A stretch of DNA of 63,440 bases, the filler included. It is 7 parts of 7 records of this genome, joined end to end, with 100 filler letters (N's around TTAATTAATTAA, not from the genome) between each part and the next. Parts side by side here need not be neighbours in the genome. Positions count along the whole stretch, not along the records: positions 29,354 to 34,653 come from SRR20825010_6219; positions 34,754 to 43,333 come from SRR20825010_6222; 5 more parts are not named here. One strand, 5' to 3'. Each line of letters starts with the position of its first letter. Position 1 is the first letter of the stretch. A model generated the notes under the pieces. It searched no databases. It was not told the origin of the DNA and worked only from the letters and a program-made list of their open reading frames with translations. A program made the translations under genes and the position numbers. Of this stretch, positions 31,434 through 41,584 are shown piece by piece.

Positions 31434-32045
31434 TTAAGCCTTCGCGTTCAAAAAGTGATACAAGTTGCGAAGCATGGCCGCAGTGGCACCCCAAATGAAA
31501 TAGTTTTTCCCCGTTGCTGGCGATTCATACGGCATGGCATAGAATGTTCTTTCGCCGATGGGCGTGTGCAGGCTGCGCCGCTGGTGATTCTCGACATTCA
31601 TCAAGAATGAAAGCGGCACTTCAAATATCTCTTCAACTTCAAAGGCATCTGGCTTCAAGGCAAAGCCGGGTTGCACCAGTGCCACCACCGGGGTTACCAA
31701 AAAATTGGTGGCGGTTTGATACACCGGCATGGTGCCAAGCACTTCAATGAAGTTACGCGTCAACCCCGTTTCTTCGACGGTTTCACGCAGTGCAGTTTCA
31801 ATCGGGTGACCGTCTTCGGGCTCACAACGCCCGCCGGGAAAGCTGATTTGCCCTGCATGGTCGTTCAGGTGGGCGGTGCGCAAGGTCAGCAACACATAAA
31901 GATCGTCTGTCCGCTGAACCAACGGCACCAGTACAGCGGCATCGGCAGGGTCGCGGTCTTTGAAAAAACGTTCTTCGAGTGGCTCCGGCTGCCAGGGCAA
32001 ATCTGCCATGGCAAAGCGGGCGCGCAACAATTCGGCAGACCACAT
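31434..32045 (-). CDS. CoA pyrophosphatase (NUDIX, NudL-like)
   Basis: AAVLVPL, H.GQISFPGG, ALRETVEETGL Nudix box, IWGATA. Confidence 0.93.
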   Translation of the reverse strand: MWSAELLRARFAMADLPWQPEPLEERFFKDRDPADAAVLVPLVQRTDDLYVLLTLRTAHLNDHAGQISFPGGRCEPEDGHPIETALRETVEETGLTRNFIEVLGTMPVYQTATNFLVTPVVALVQPGFALKPDAFEVEEIFEVPLSFLMNVENHQRRSLHTPIGERTFYAMPYESPATGKNYFIWGATAAMLRNLYHFLNAKA

Positions 32046-32062
32046 GGGTAAAACGCTCCAGA

Positions 32063-33253
32063 TTAAACAGCCAGGCCGAACAGCATTAATTCAGCAAACT
32101 GCTTGCGAAGGGGCGGCGTGAATTCCATCACGTTCAAGGCCATTTGTCGACCCGCGCCCAGCAAGGGATTGTGATTGGAAAAACCTTTCACCATCCAGTC
32201 TGTCATTTTAACCACCACCCGCCGATCAGCCACCCTCGACTTCTCAAATTCGTCGAGGGCCGCACCCAAGCGATGTTCTTGTGCAACAGTTGCGGGATCA
32301 ATGCTGCGGCAAAGCTGCATGGCATCGCGCAAACCCAGGTTTAAACCCTGACCGGCCACAGGGTGCAGAATTTGGGCTGCATTGCCAATGGCCACACGCC
32401 GACCCTGTACCAGCTTGTCGCGCCAGTTCATACCCAGCGGAAAGCTTTTTCGAGGGCCAATGTGTTTGATGGAAACACGGCGCCCAAACTGCTGGCGAAG
32501 TTCGGCAGAAAACTCTGCATCGCTGCATGCCAGCCGCTTTTGAACCTGATTCAAAGGCGCGCACCACACCAAAGAGTACGCGTGCTGATCAGTCGAAATG
32601 GGCAGCAAGGCCAGTGGCCCTTCGGAAGTAAACCGCTCAAAAGCCAGTGTGTTGCCACCTTCCAGCAAACCGGGTTCAACTTGCAAAGTGACTTCGCTGA
32701 CCAAGGCCCACTGGTCGTAATCCACCACCTGGTCGCGCTCTCCGGCCTCACCATACAAACCACCCTCAGCGTCCACACGCAGGTTCACGGTGTACTCGGT
32801 GCCATCGTCAAGCTCAAGCACTTCCAGCGAATCGACGGCGCTGCGGTGCGCGTACTTTACGTTCGCAGGGCGAAAAATTTTTACGCCACGCCGCTCAAGC
32901 GAGGCAGACAAACAGTTCACCAGATCACCATAGCGTACCGTCCAGCCCAGCGCCCTCAAACCCAGCTCGTCGGCTTTCATGCGCACTTGACCAAACCGGG
33001 ATTGTTCGGACACATGAATGTGGTGAATGGGTGTGGCATCCGCAGGAAAACCCAGGCTGGTCAAACGCAGGCGGGTGGCATCGGAAAGCGCAAGAATGCG
33101 GGGGTCGCGGGCAGAAACCTCCACGGGTTTGGCATCAAAAATTGCAATGCGATTGGCGCGCTCACCCCAGGTGTTGGCAAGCCACCCCGCAAAGGCCAGG
33201 CCCACAGGACCAGCCCCAACAATGGCCACATCAAAATCGGTGTGCGAAGTCAT
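32063..33253 (-). CDS. ubiH: UbiH/VisC-family FAD-dependent hydroxylase
   Basis: GAGPVG, AFERFT.EGPLALLP, GNAAQ.LHPVAGQGLNLGLRD; follows pepP. Confidence 0.85.
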   Translation of the reverse strand: MTSHTDFDVAIVGAGPVGLAFAGWLANTWGERANRIAIFDAKPVEVSARDPRILALSDATRLRLTSLGFPADATPIHHIHVSEQSRFGQVRMKADELGLRALGWTVRYGDLVNCLSASLERRGVKIFRPANVKYAHRSAVDSLEVLELDDGTEYTVNLRVDAEGGLYGEAGERDQVVDYDQWALVSEVTLQVEPGLLEGGNTLAFERFTSEGPLALLPISTDQHAYSLVWCAPLNQVQKRLACSDAEFSAELRQQFGRRVSIKHIGPRKSFPLGMNWRDKLVQGRRVAIGNAAQILHPVAGQGLNLGLRDAMQLCRSIDPATVAQEHRLGAALDEFEKSRVADRRVVVKMTDWMVKGFSNHNPLLGAGRQMALNVMEFTPPLRKQFAELMLFGLAV

Positions 33254-33270
33254 TTTTTTCTCATTGTGTA

Positions 33271-34653
33271 CTAGGCCGCCTTACTGCCTGTTTTCTTGTG
33301 GGCCTTCATGGTGGCATGAATTTCATTCACTGTTTTGGGCGCATCGGCCGTGTATATGTCGCAACCTTTCTGGGTCACCAAGGCATCGTCTTCAATGCGA
33401 ATACCAATGTTCTCGAATTGCTTGGGCACACCCTTACCAGGTCGAATGTACAGGCCAGGTTCAATGGTCAGCACCATGCCTGCTTCCAGCTTGCGGCTGG
33501 TGTGCGGGGCCACGCCATCTGCAGGCTTGGCGGAAGGGTCGCGGTAACTGCCACAATCGTGCACATCCATTCCCAACCAATGGCTGGTGCGGTGCATGTA
33601 AAAGCGTTTGTAAGCACCGCTTTCAAGGGCTTCGTTCAAACCCGTTTTCAACAGCTTCAAATCGATCAAACCTTGAGCCAATACCTTCACGGCCGCATCG
33701 TGCGGATCGTTGAAACGGGCGCCGGGTTTGGTGGCATCAATCGCAGCATACTGCGCATTCAAAACCACTTCATACACAGCTTGCTGGGCTTTGCTGAACT
33801 GTCCATTCACAGGAAAGGTGCGTGTAATGTCAGATGCATAACAATCCAGCTCGCAACCCGCATCAATCAACAACAAGTCGCCGTCGCGCATCTTGGCATC
33901 GTTGGCACGGTAATGCAGTACACAGGCACTGGCGCCCGAGGCCACGATTGAACCGTAGGCTGGTGCCTCAGAACCATTTTTGCGGAACTGGTAAAGCAAT
34001 TCAGCTTCCACTTCAAACTCAAACTTACCGGGTTGACACACCTGCATGGCAGCAATGTGCGCATGCGCGGAAATATGGGCTGCCCGGCGCATGATGTCGA
34101 TTTCGGTTTTGTCTTTGATCAAACGCATTTCATCAAGTGAATGGCTTAAATCAAGCACTGCATGCGGCGCCGAAATGCCCATGCGGGCTTTGCCACGCAA
34201 GGTTTTCAACACATCGGCCACAGCGGCTTCAAGGCTGTCGTCTTCACCCAAACGCAAAAACACCGCAGGCTGATTGGCCAGTGTGTCGATCAAATGTTCT
34301 TCAAGGTCTTCAATGCTGTGGGCCTCGTGCATGCCAAAGGCCGATTGCGCAGCCTTGGGGCCAAAACGAAAGCCTTCCCAAATTTCACGCTCTTCGTTTT
34401 TGTCGCGGCAAAACAGCACGGCGCGGGAATCGCCGGTGGGTGGCACCACCAGGGCCAAACAGGCCTCGGGTTCGGGAAAGCCGGTCAGGTAGTAAAAATA
34501 GCTATCGGAACGGAAGGCATAATCAGCATCGCGGTTGCGCATCACTTCCATGCCCGATTGCACCAGCGCCACGCCTCCGCCCATTTTTTTCAAACGGCGT
34601 GCCAGCTGCTCGCGGCGCTTGGCGTAAATCAGGGGATTGTGGGTGGGGTACCT
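33271..34653 (-). CDS. pepP: Xaa-Pro aminopeptidase (5' partial)
   Basis: LHY, DAG.E...YASDITRT, H.LG.DVHD, TIEPGLY, GIRIEDD; frame open to contig edge. Confidence 0.95.
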   Translation of the reverse strand, partial: RYPTHNPLIYAKRREQLARRLKKMGGGVALVQSGMEVMRNRDADYAFRSDSYFYYLTGFPEPEACLALVVPPTGDSRAVLFCRDKNEEREIWEGFRFGPKAAQSAFGMHEAHSIEDLEEHLIDTLANQPAVFLRLGEDDSLEAAVADVLKTLRGKARMGISAPHAVLDLSHSLDEMRLIKDKTEIDIMRRAAHISAHAHIAAMQVCQPGKFEFEVEAELLYQFRKNGSEAPAYGSIVASGASACVLHYRANDAKMRDGDLLLIDAGCELDCYASDITRTFPVNGQFSKAQQAVYEVVLNAQYAAIDATKPGARFNDPHDAAVKVLAQGLIDLKLLKTGLNEALESGAYKRFYMHRTSHWLGMDVHDCGSYRDPSAKPADGVAPHTSRKLEAGMVLTIEPGLYIRPGKGVPKQFENIGIRIEDDALVTQKGCDIYTADAPKTVNEIHATMKAHKKTGSKAA

Positions 34654-34753
34654 NNNNNNNNNNNNNNNNNNNNNNNNNNNNNNNNNNNNNNNNNNNNTTA
34701 ATTAATTAANNNNNNNNNNNNNNNNNNNNNNNNNNNNNNNNNNNNNNNNNNNN
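34654..34753. other. Artificial contig linker
   Basis: N-run/TTAATTAATTAA/N-run. Confidence 0.99.
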
Positions 34754-34755
34754 GT

Positions 34756-34974
34756 GTCAACGAGTTTGATAAGGCCATTGAGTATTTCAAACTCAACATC
34801 AAAAACAATCCAGCGGATGCGAATGCGCACGACAGTTTGGGTGAAGCGTATGTGGCCAAAGGAGACACGAAAAATGCCATCAAGGAATTTCAAAAATGCC
34901 TTTCTATGAACCCACCGCAGTTTGTGAAGGACAATTCGATTAAAAATTTGAAAGCGCTTGGCGTTGAGATGTAA
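34756..34974 (+). CDS. TPR-containing protein, C-terminal fragment
   Basis: Manual translation includes KAIEYFKLN...NAHDSLGEAY...AIKEFQKCLSMNP. Confidence 0.8.
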   Translation, partial: VNEFDKAIEYFKLNIKNNPADANAHDSLGEAYVAKGDTKNAIKEFQKCLSMNPPQFVKDNSIKNLKALGVEM

Positions 34975-34996
34975 TAATTACTTGGTTACGAAAGTT

Positions 34997-35029
34997 AGAA
35001 ACCCTGGCGAGAGCCGGGGTTTTCTGTTT
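34997..35029 (+). terminator. Intrinsic terminator
   Basis: AGAAACCCTGGC-gaga-GCCGGGGTTTTCT hairpin. Confidence 0.7.
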
Positions 35030-35162
35030 TACATCATGATCGTTTAAGTCCTCGTAGTTTTGACTATGTAATACCCAAATGGGCAACTATCAGGAAGGTA
35101 TCGAGGGGACTGAAGACGGGGAGGTTTGGGTGTTTTTGAAGAAGGGGAACGGTTAATTGGTT

Positions 35163-36068
35163 TTATATTTTAACCTGAATACCAAGTTCTACAGAATTAA
35201 CAGTTTTATCATGAAGCCTCTCATTATATGAACTTAAAAGCCCTAATATTTGCACGGTTTCTTTTATTAGAAACCCGCCATAAAGAGAGTAGTAATTCGT
35301 TGAATTGATTCTTTTTAGAGAGGCTCCAGCTATAGTTTTATTAAATAAAAGGGAAGTTAAACTGGCATTGGCTTCCCAATTGTCATGATCTTTTTCGATC
35401 ATTATTGAAGGAGTGATTTCCAAGGCTTGGTATGGAACAAAGTAATATTCGCAATAAAAGTTCAATACTCTGACTGGTATTCCTTTAAGTTCAAGTTCGT
35501 TGCTACCCGGCTTGAATACATATCTTTTATCCAAACCAAATAGGTCGTTTGCTGAAAATGCAATTGTTAGATTTTGATAGCGAGAAAATAAGCCAAGGCT
35601 TAGGCTTTTCGTAGTTCTTTTGTATCCAGAAGAAATTATAGGATCTGTTGGGTCTAGAAGTGTAAGTTTAGAATAGTCGTAAAAATACGAATGATTTGAG
35701 AATGCCAAACCTAGTCCAAACGACAGTTCTTCGGATATCTCTAGTTCGTAACTATATAGAAATGAGAGTTTTGTTCTGGAAATTATTTGAGAGGGGCTAT
35801 AATTTGAGTAGATCATTCCCAAGCCGCTATTCAGCTTATCAAGTTTATGATCATAGGTAATGAGCGAAGTACCTATGGCTCCCAAACCTTTCTTGATACT
35901 ATATCCTTTGTGGAACATATTAAAAGTTTGTCCGTTGATCGGGGCTGTGAATGCAGGATTGATTAATTTTTTATCAAAATTGTAAAGATCAAACTCTGTG
36001 AGGGCTTGAGCATTTGCAATTTGAGCGATGATAAAAAGACTCCAGATATGAATTAGCCACACTTTCAT
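35163..36068 (-). CDS. PorP/SprF-family (type IX secretion) membrane protein, divergent
   Basis: LINPAF, SGLG, DPTDP, PS motifs; ATG overlaps upstream TGA (ATGA). Confidence 0.75.
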   Translation of the reverse strand: MKVWLIHIWSLFIIAQIANAQALTEFDLYNFDKKLINPAFTAPINGQTFNMFHKGYSIKKGLGAIGTSLITYDHKLDKLNSGLGMIYSNYSPSQIISRTKLSFLYSYELEISEELSFGLGLAFSNHSYFYDYSKLTLLDPTDPIISSGYKRTTKSLSLGLFSRYQNLTIAFSANDLFGLDKRYVFKPGSNELELKGIPVRVLNFYCEYYFVPYQALEITPSIMIEKDHDNWEANASLTSLLFNKTIAGASLKRINSTNYYSLYGGFLIKETVQILGLLSSYNERLHDKTVNSVELGIQVKI

Positions 36069-36655
36069 GAATTTGACCTTTTTAAATGATAAATACATGA
36101 AATTTGAAAAACCCGATTATAGAATTTGCCGATAACTTGTGCATCGTCATCCCCAGAGTAATCGATCATCCCATGATTGTATCTCGTATCAATACTGAAT
36201 GACTCATTTATTGGAAAGTTAAATCCCAGTACCACGGACAGATCATAGTTGCTCAATTGAGCGGTTATGTTTTCCGTTTTTCTACTTTTGTTGTCCTTTG
36301 TTTTTGCACTGTACAGTGCGCCAAGCTGACCTCCGAAATAAAATTTTGTTTCCTGATGCCGTTCAAATTGTATGAGGAATGGAAGATTGATGTATTTATA
36401 ACTAGCTCTGAATCCATCTTTGGATCTGGTTCCCTGATCAGAAAGTAAGATTTCTGCTCTTAGACTGATGTATTCGCTTAGGGCGGTCTTCGAGCTTATA
36501 CCTCCGTGGATACCCAATTTTAAATGTGCATCCTGAGCATCTCCCCCAACGGTAGAAACATTGAATCCTGCTTTGAGCCCAAAATTCTCGTTTTGAGAGA
36601 ATCCGCTAAAAGCAAAAGGGAAGAACAGAAGAAAAAAGAATAGTCGAACGATCAA
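36065..36655 (-). CDS. Outer-membrane beta-barrel (PorT/porin family) protein
   Basis: FGLKAG.N.S, Y..LP, G.Q.G.L, RYN.G, N.VFQ motifs. Confidence 0.8.
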   Translation of the reverse strand: MIVRLFFFLLFFPFAFSGFSQNENFGLKAGFNVSTVGGDAQDAHLKLGIHGGISSKTALSEYISLRAEILLSDQGTRSKDGFRASYKYINLPFLIQFERHQETKFYFGGQLGALYSAKTKDNKSRKTENITAQLSNYDLSVVLGFNFPINESFSIDTRYNHGMIDYSGDDDAQVIGKFYNRVFQISCIYHLKRSNS

Positions 36656-36667
36656 ATGTCCCAGTCT

Positions 36668-37519
36668 TTATTGAAAGACAATGGTAATGCATTTCTTCAA
36701 ACTTTCCCTCCAATGCGGAATCTCAATTGCAAAAGCCTCTTTGAATTTTGACTTGTCCATCACGCTGTAGCTCGGTCGGGCTGCTGGTGTTGGGTATTTT
36801 TCAGTTGGGATCGGGTTCACTTTGGTGCCCACACCAGCATATTCGAAAATGGCTTTGGTGAAATCATACCAGGATGCCACTCCCTCGTTGCTGTAGTGGT
36901 AAAGGCCGTAGGCTCTTGATTTTTGTTTGATAATTTGAGTGATAGCTTCAGCCAAATCCCGTGCATAGGTAGGCGAGCCTATTTGATCGGCAATGATGTT
37001 GAGTTCGTCTTTCGTTTCGGCGAGGCGTAGCATCGTTTTTACGAAGTTGTTTCCGAAAGTGGAGTACAACCACGCCGTGCGAATGATGAAATGTTCCGGA
37101 AGAACCTTAGCAATTTTTAACTCGGCTTGCAGCTTCGATTCTCCGTAATAATTGACCGGAGAAGTTGGTTGATCCTCTTTTAGTGGTCTGCTGGCCGACC
37201 CATCAAACACAAAATCAGTAGAAATGTGGATCAGGGTGGCTCCTGAATTTTTGCAAGCCAAAGCAAGATTTCCCCCTCCGATCACATTGATTTTATCAGC
37301 TAATTCTTTTTCGGATTCTGCCTTGTCTACTGCCGTATAGGCTGCACAATTGATACAGAAATCAGGTTTTTCATTTTCAAAAAAGGAGAGCACCTGAGAT
37401 TTATCGGTGATATCTAATTCCTGATAATCCGTGAAAAGGAATTCCCAATCGCTCTTTTTTGCGATTACCTGAAATTCGTTTCCTAATTGTCCGTTTGATC
37501 CTGTTATTAATAGTTTCAT
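36668..37519 (-). CDS. rfbD: dTDP-4-dehydrorhamnose reductase
   Basis: TGSNGQLG, AAYTAVDKAE, HISTDFVFDG, YGESK, DQIGSPT motifs. Confidence 0.96.
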   Translation of the reverse strand: MKLLITGSNGQLGNEFQVIAKKSDWEFLFTDYQELDITDKSQVLSFFENEKPDFCINCAAYTAVDKAESEKELADKINVIGGGNLALACKNSGATLIHISTDFVFDGSASRPLKEDQPTSPVNYYGESKLQAELKIAKVLPEHFIIRTAWLYSTFGNNFVKTMLRLAETKDELNIIADQIGSPTYARDLAEAITQIIKQKSRAYGLYHYSNEGVASWYDFTKAIFEYAGVGTKVNPIPTEKYPTPAARPSYSVMDKSKFKEAFAIEIPHWRESLKKCITIVFQ

Positions 37520-37525
37520 CTGATT

Positions 37526-38740
37526 TTATTTGCCGTCGGCATAGTCCTGAAGGTAGTTAAAGCGGGGCGTGAGGCTGCCTTGATTGGCAATCGTGGCGCG
37601 TTCAATTACACCTTTTGAGTCGTCACCCAGTAGTTCCGGCAGCACATTGTTTACTAATTCATTTCCAAAACTTTCTGAAGCATCACGTGGCAGTTCACAG
37701 GGCAAATTGTCGACGGCCATCACCGTAATGTTTCCTTCGTCTGTCAGCGGGTTTTCTACCACATCATCATCCGGGTTATAATCGTAGATCGGGTCTGCGA
37801 TGGTGCTTGGTTTTTTGGTGGACGGAATGGAACCTTCAATGTCGCAGGTGATATCGGCGATAACCGTGATTTTGAAATCGTGACTAAGAATGTCCGCTCT
37901 TTCAAAGAGCACCGGCGCTTTTGGGTCCCAAAAAGCGGAAGCAATTAGGATATCTGCCGTTTTTGTGTATTTCAGAAAGTCCGATTCGTAATTTTCAGGC
38001 GACTGATAGAATTCATTCCGGTGAAATTCACCACCCTCTTTTCTTACGTTGTAATCGCGTGTGTTTAATTGTGCGAAAACAGGAAAGTTGTAATCTTCCT
38101 CCAGAAATTGTTTCGGTGTTATTTTACGGATGCCCATGCCCATGAGCACTTCCATGGCGCCTTTTGCCACACGGCCACCACCCGTCAATACAATTTTTAT
38201 TGGAGGCAATTTCACCTTGATAAACTCCGATTTCAGGTCTTCCAGGTCGAAACAGTCGCTTGCCCGCTTCAGATCGAAGAGGTTGTAGCGTTTTCCATAG
38301 GTCCAGATGCCATTGTAAGCACCCACAATCCCAGCCCATCTCCCGAAAGCAATGATTCTTTTTCCGGTTTGATCCGTCAGCGTTTCATAATCAATCAGCC
38401 GGATCTTTTTGTCCAAGACCTTCCGAAGCAGTTTGCTGTTGTAAGGTTGTTTTTTGATGGTGTGGCTAAAGAAAAAATAGGTTTTTCCTTCGATTAAATC
38501 AGGAATTGGAACCTCCTTCACCCCCAAAATAACGCTGCAATCGTCAATGGAATCAACGATTTTAATTCCTTCCTTTTGATAATCTTCATCACTGAAGCAT
38601 CGAATGGCACTTGTTTGAGCCACGATTTCCACATCTGGAAATTGGCTCATGACCGCTTTCGCCTGCGTGGGGCTTAGTGCCACACGTTTGTCCACTGGAA
38701 CTTTTCCTTCCCGAATGAGACCTATTTTCATTTTAGCCAT
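37526..38740 (-). CDS. Saccharopine dehydrogenase/lysine-ketoglutarate reductase-like (AlaDh/PNT family)
   Basis: GVKEVP, FFSHTIKKQPYN, DYE, FGRWAG, DITCD, VDNLPCELP motifs. Confidence 0.85.
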   Translation of the reverse strand: MAKMKIGLIREGKVPVDKRVALSPTQAKAVMSQFPDVEIVAQTSAIRCFSDEDYQKEGIKIVDSIDDCSVILGVKEVPIPDLIEGKTYFFFSHTIKKQPYNSKLLRKVLDKKIRLIDYETLTDQTGKRIIAFGRWAGIVGAYNGIWTYGKRYNLFDLKRASDCFDLEDLKSEFIKVKLPPIKIVLTGGGRVAKGAMEVLMGMGIRKITPKQFLEEDYNFPVFAQLNTRDYNVRKEGGEFHRNEFYQSPENYESDFLKYTKTADILIASAFWDPKAPVLFERADILSHDFKITVIADITCDIEGSIPSTKKPSTIADPIYDYNPDDDVVENPLTDEGNITVMAVDNLPCELPRDASESFGNELVNNVLPELLGDDSKGVIERATIANQGSLTPRFNYLQDYADGK

Positions 38741-38788
38741 TTAATTCTCTTTCTTTGACCCGGCAAATCTACTATTTTCAGCTCTTCG

Positions 38789-39352
38789 ATGAACGACTAC
38801 CTAATTCTATTTCTCGCATGGAGTCTCTATTTGGCTTTGCATAGCCTCTTGGCGGCAGATCAGGTGAAGAGGTGGTGTGAATTGTCACCGAGGAGGTATC
38901 GGTTGCTCTATTCGGGGTTGAGCTCACTAGGGATTTTCTATCTGCTTTATATGATGGCCGTAGCACCAAAACGATATTTCTTTCCAGTAAGCGATCTCAC
39001 AAAATACCTGGGAATGGTACTGGCAACCTGGGGAGTGATCTTAATGGTAGCTGCTTTTAGGAAAATCTCCATGAAGGAATTTGTTGGGCTTTTGCCGTCA
39101 AAAGACAAAGAATTAATAACTACGGGAATTCATAGCAGGATACGGCATCCCATTTATGCTGGATTGGTTTTGCTTGTGATCGGGATGTTTATCTCTGTGC
39201 CCAGTGCAGCCGTATTTGCTTCATGTTTGAGCATCTTCATTTATCTCCCCATTGGGATTTATTTCGAAGAGAAGAAATTAATACGCGAATTTGGGGATGA
39301 ATATGTGGAGTACAAACAGCAGGTTAAGGCCTTGATTCCTGGTGTGATTTAA
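38789..39352 (+). CDS. Isoprenylcysteine carboxyl methyltransferase/NnrU-like membrane protein
   Basis: HSLLA, G....IRHPIY, EEKKL...FG..Y..Y motifs. Confidence 0.85.
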   Translation: MNDYLILFLAWSLYLALHSLLAADQVKRWCELSPRRYRLLYSGLSSLGIFYLLYMMAVAPKRYFFPVSDLTKYLGMVLATWGVILMVAAFRKISMKEFVGLLPSKDKELITTGIHSRIRHPIYAGLVLLVIGMFISVPSAAVFASCLSIFIYLPIGIYFEEKKLIREFGDEYVEYKQQVKALIPGVI

Positions 39353-39555
39353 TCTTTGTTCTCCTTTTTAAGCTCATCCAGATCATCTCGATCCTTCAGC
39401 TTTTTGTCTTCCACATTTTTGTTAAGAAAGGTGTTGATCTTGTCGATGCTCAGTGAGGATTTAATCTCACCAAAAGAATCAATGTGTATGTCAAACCCCT
39501 CCAGATCTTTATTGACTTTGGGTTTTTGATTTTTATCTTCTGCTTTTTTCGACAT
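39349..39555 (-). CDS. Small hypothetical protein
   Basis: 68-aa ORF 10 nt downstream of gltX on same strand. Confidence 0.65.
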   Translation of the reverse strand: MSKKAEDKNQKPKVNKDLEGFDIHIDSFGEIKSSLSIDKINTFLNKNVEDKKLKDRDDLDELKKENKD

Positions 39556-39565
39556 GGTAGTTGTG

Positions 39566-41092
39566 TTAGTTTCCTAACATCCTTACGGAATAGTTGATCC
39601 TTTCGTTCGCTGCTTTTCCTCCCAATATCGAAATGATGGACATTAAGTCCGGCCCTGATCCTTCACCGGTAATGGAGAGACGCAATGCCTGCATGTTTTT
39701 TCCAGCCTGAATCCCATTGGCTTCCATGGTAGAAAAGAAAAGGTCTTTCGCTTCGTCAGGCGAGATTGAGGAACGTTCGCTAAGCTGCTTTCCGAACAAA
39801 GTGACTGCCTTTACAGCCTCTTCGTTCCACTTTTTGGAGCTCACCTTTTCGTCGTATAACGCTGGGTCTCTGAAAAGGAAAAGGCAATTGTCAGCGAATT
39901 CATGCGGATAAGTAACCCGCTCTTTCAACAGCTCCACAATCTGTAGTCCGAGTGTTTCGGAGCAATCGATTTGATGTTTTTCTTTCAAGTCAGCAATTAC
40001 CTGACTGGCAAGTTTTTCGGGAGGATAGGTTTTGATGTATTGTTGATTGAACCACTTGGCCTTGTCGATATCAAACTTGGTTCCAGCCTTATTTACACGC
40101 TCCAAACTAAAATGATCCTCCAGCTCGTCTAAAGAGAAAATCTCTTGTTCCGTTCCTGGATTCCAGCCTAAGAAGGCCAAAAAGTTAATCAGTGCTTCAG
40201 GAAGAAAACCCTCTTCTTTAAAACCCTTGGTTATTTCACCCTCTGTGACTTCCCAACTCAATGGAAAAATGGGGAAACCTGCTTTATCCGCTGCTCTTTT
40301 GCTCAATTTTCCATTTCCATCCGGTTTTAGGATCAAAGGAAGATGAGCGAATTTTGGCATCACCTCTTCCCATCCCAAATATTGATACAACAGCACATGG
40401 AGTGGGGTGGAAGGCAGCCATTCTTCGCCGCGGATCACATGGGAAATCTTCATCAGATAATCATCCACCACATTGGCTAGGTGGTAGGTAGGCATGCCGT
40501 CAGACTTCATGAGCACTTTATCATCCAGCGTAGCGCCATGAACCATCACCCAACCGCGGATCATGTCGTGGAGACGCACATCGTCCTTCGGTGGTATTTT
40601 GATTCGGATCACGTATTGCTCTCCGGCTTCTAGTTTGGCTTGTACTTCTTCTGGAGTTAACGTCAGCGAGTTTTTCATTGACATTCGCACACTACTATCG
40701 TATTGTGGGTTTGTCAGACCTCCTGCTTTGAGTCGCTCACGCATGGCATCAAGGTCTTCGGGCGTATCAAAGGCATAATACGCATTGCCCTGATTGATAA
40801 GTTGCTCCGCGTATTGTTTGTACAACGCCTTTCTTTCCGACTGACGATACGGGCCGTACGGGCCTCCCTTCACCACGCTTTCATCGGGACTGATTCCGCA
40901 CCATTCGAGTGCGTTTAAGATATATTCTTCGGCACCTTCTACAAACCGCCCCTGATCTGTGTCTTCAATTCGAAGAATAAACGTGCCTTTGTGTTTTTTG
41001 GCAAAAAGATAATTGAACAAAGCCGTTCGTACGCCTCCAATGTGCAATCCCCCTGTTGGGCTGGGGGCAAACCTCACTCTAATATTTTCCAT
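39566..41092 (-). CDS. gltX: Glutamate--tRNA ligase
   Basis: RFAPSPTG.LHIGG, RIEDTD, VIRGEEW, KLSKR motifs. Confidence 0.98.
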   Translation of the reverse strand: MENIRVRFAPSPTGGLHIGGVRTALFNYLFAKKHKGTFILRIEDTDQGRFVEGAEEYILNALEWCGISPDESVVKGGPYGPYRQSERKALYKQYAEQLINQGNAYYAFDTPEDLDAMRERLKAGGLTNPQYDSSVRMSMKNSLTLTPEEVQAKLEAGEQYVIRIKIPPKDDVRLHDMIRGWVMVHGATLDDKVLMKSDGMPTYHLANVVDDYLMKISHVIRGEEWLPSTPLHVLLYQYLGWEEVMPKFAHLPLILKPDGNGKLSKRAADKAGFPIFPLSWEVTEGEITKGFKEEGFLPEALINFLAFLGWNPGTEQEIFSLDELEDHFSLERVNKAGTKFDIDKAKWFNQQYIKTYPPEKLASQVIADLKEKHQIDCSETLGLQIVELLKERVTYPHEFADNCLFLFRDPALYDEKVSSKKWNEEAVKAVTLFGKQLSERSSISPDEAKDLFFSTMEANGIQAGKNMQALRLSITGEGSGPDLMSIISILGGKAANERINYSVRMLGN

Positions 41093-41206
41093 TCGTCCTT
41101 GATTCGGATCGCAAAACTAGTTGATTAATTCACGAATGTGAACCGAAATTCGTTTAGTTAATGGATCGTTACGGCGAATGAAAGTGGACGACAAGTCGGA
41201 AGCAGT

Positions 41207-41584
41207 TTAAAGTTGGGCAATGCAGCTAATCTCCACATTCACACCTTTTGGCAACTGACTTACCTCGACCGTTTCTCTGGCTGGAGGGTTTTCTGGAAAG
41301 TACTCGCCATACACGGCGTTGATCTGTGCAAACTGACCCATGTCTTTGATGAAGATGCTACACTTCAACACCTGGGCAAAGCTGGCTCCTGCTTCTTCCA
41401 ATATGTAACTAAGGTTTTTCATCACTTGCCGGGTCTCGTCCTCTATGGAGGTGCTCACAACAGTGCCTGTAGCCTGATCAATGGGAATCTGACCCGAGAT
41501 GTAGAGCACGCCATTGGACAGCACAGCCTGACTGTATGGGCCTATTGGCGCGGGTGCTTTGGGGGAGTTGATGATTGTTTTCAT
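41207..41584 (-). CDS. RidA/YjgF-family imine deaminase
   Basis: APAPIGPYSQA, SGQIP, PAR.TV.V..LPK...VEI motifs. Confidence 0.93.
   Translation of the reverse strand: MKTIINSPKAPAPIGPYSQAVLSNGVLYISGQIPIDQATGTVVSTSIEDETRQVMKNLSYILEEAGASFAQVLKCSIFIKDMGQFAQINAVYGEYFPENPPARETVEVSQLPKGVNVEISCIAQL

Noticed and set aside
29438-34709. Numerous long overlapping ORFs in the GC-rich contigs (also 43614-47726 and 62182-63078)
   Set aside because: Antisense or alternate-frame shadows of well-supported genes, with no recognisable motifs
37526-38740. Alanine dehydrogenase or a eukaryote-derived gene
   Set aside because: Motifs fit the saccharopine dehydrogenase/LKR-like branch common in Bacteroidota; nothing unusual
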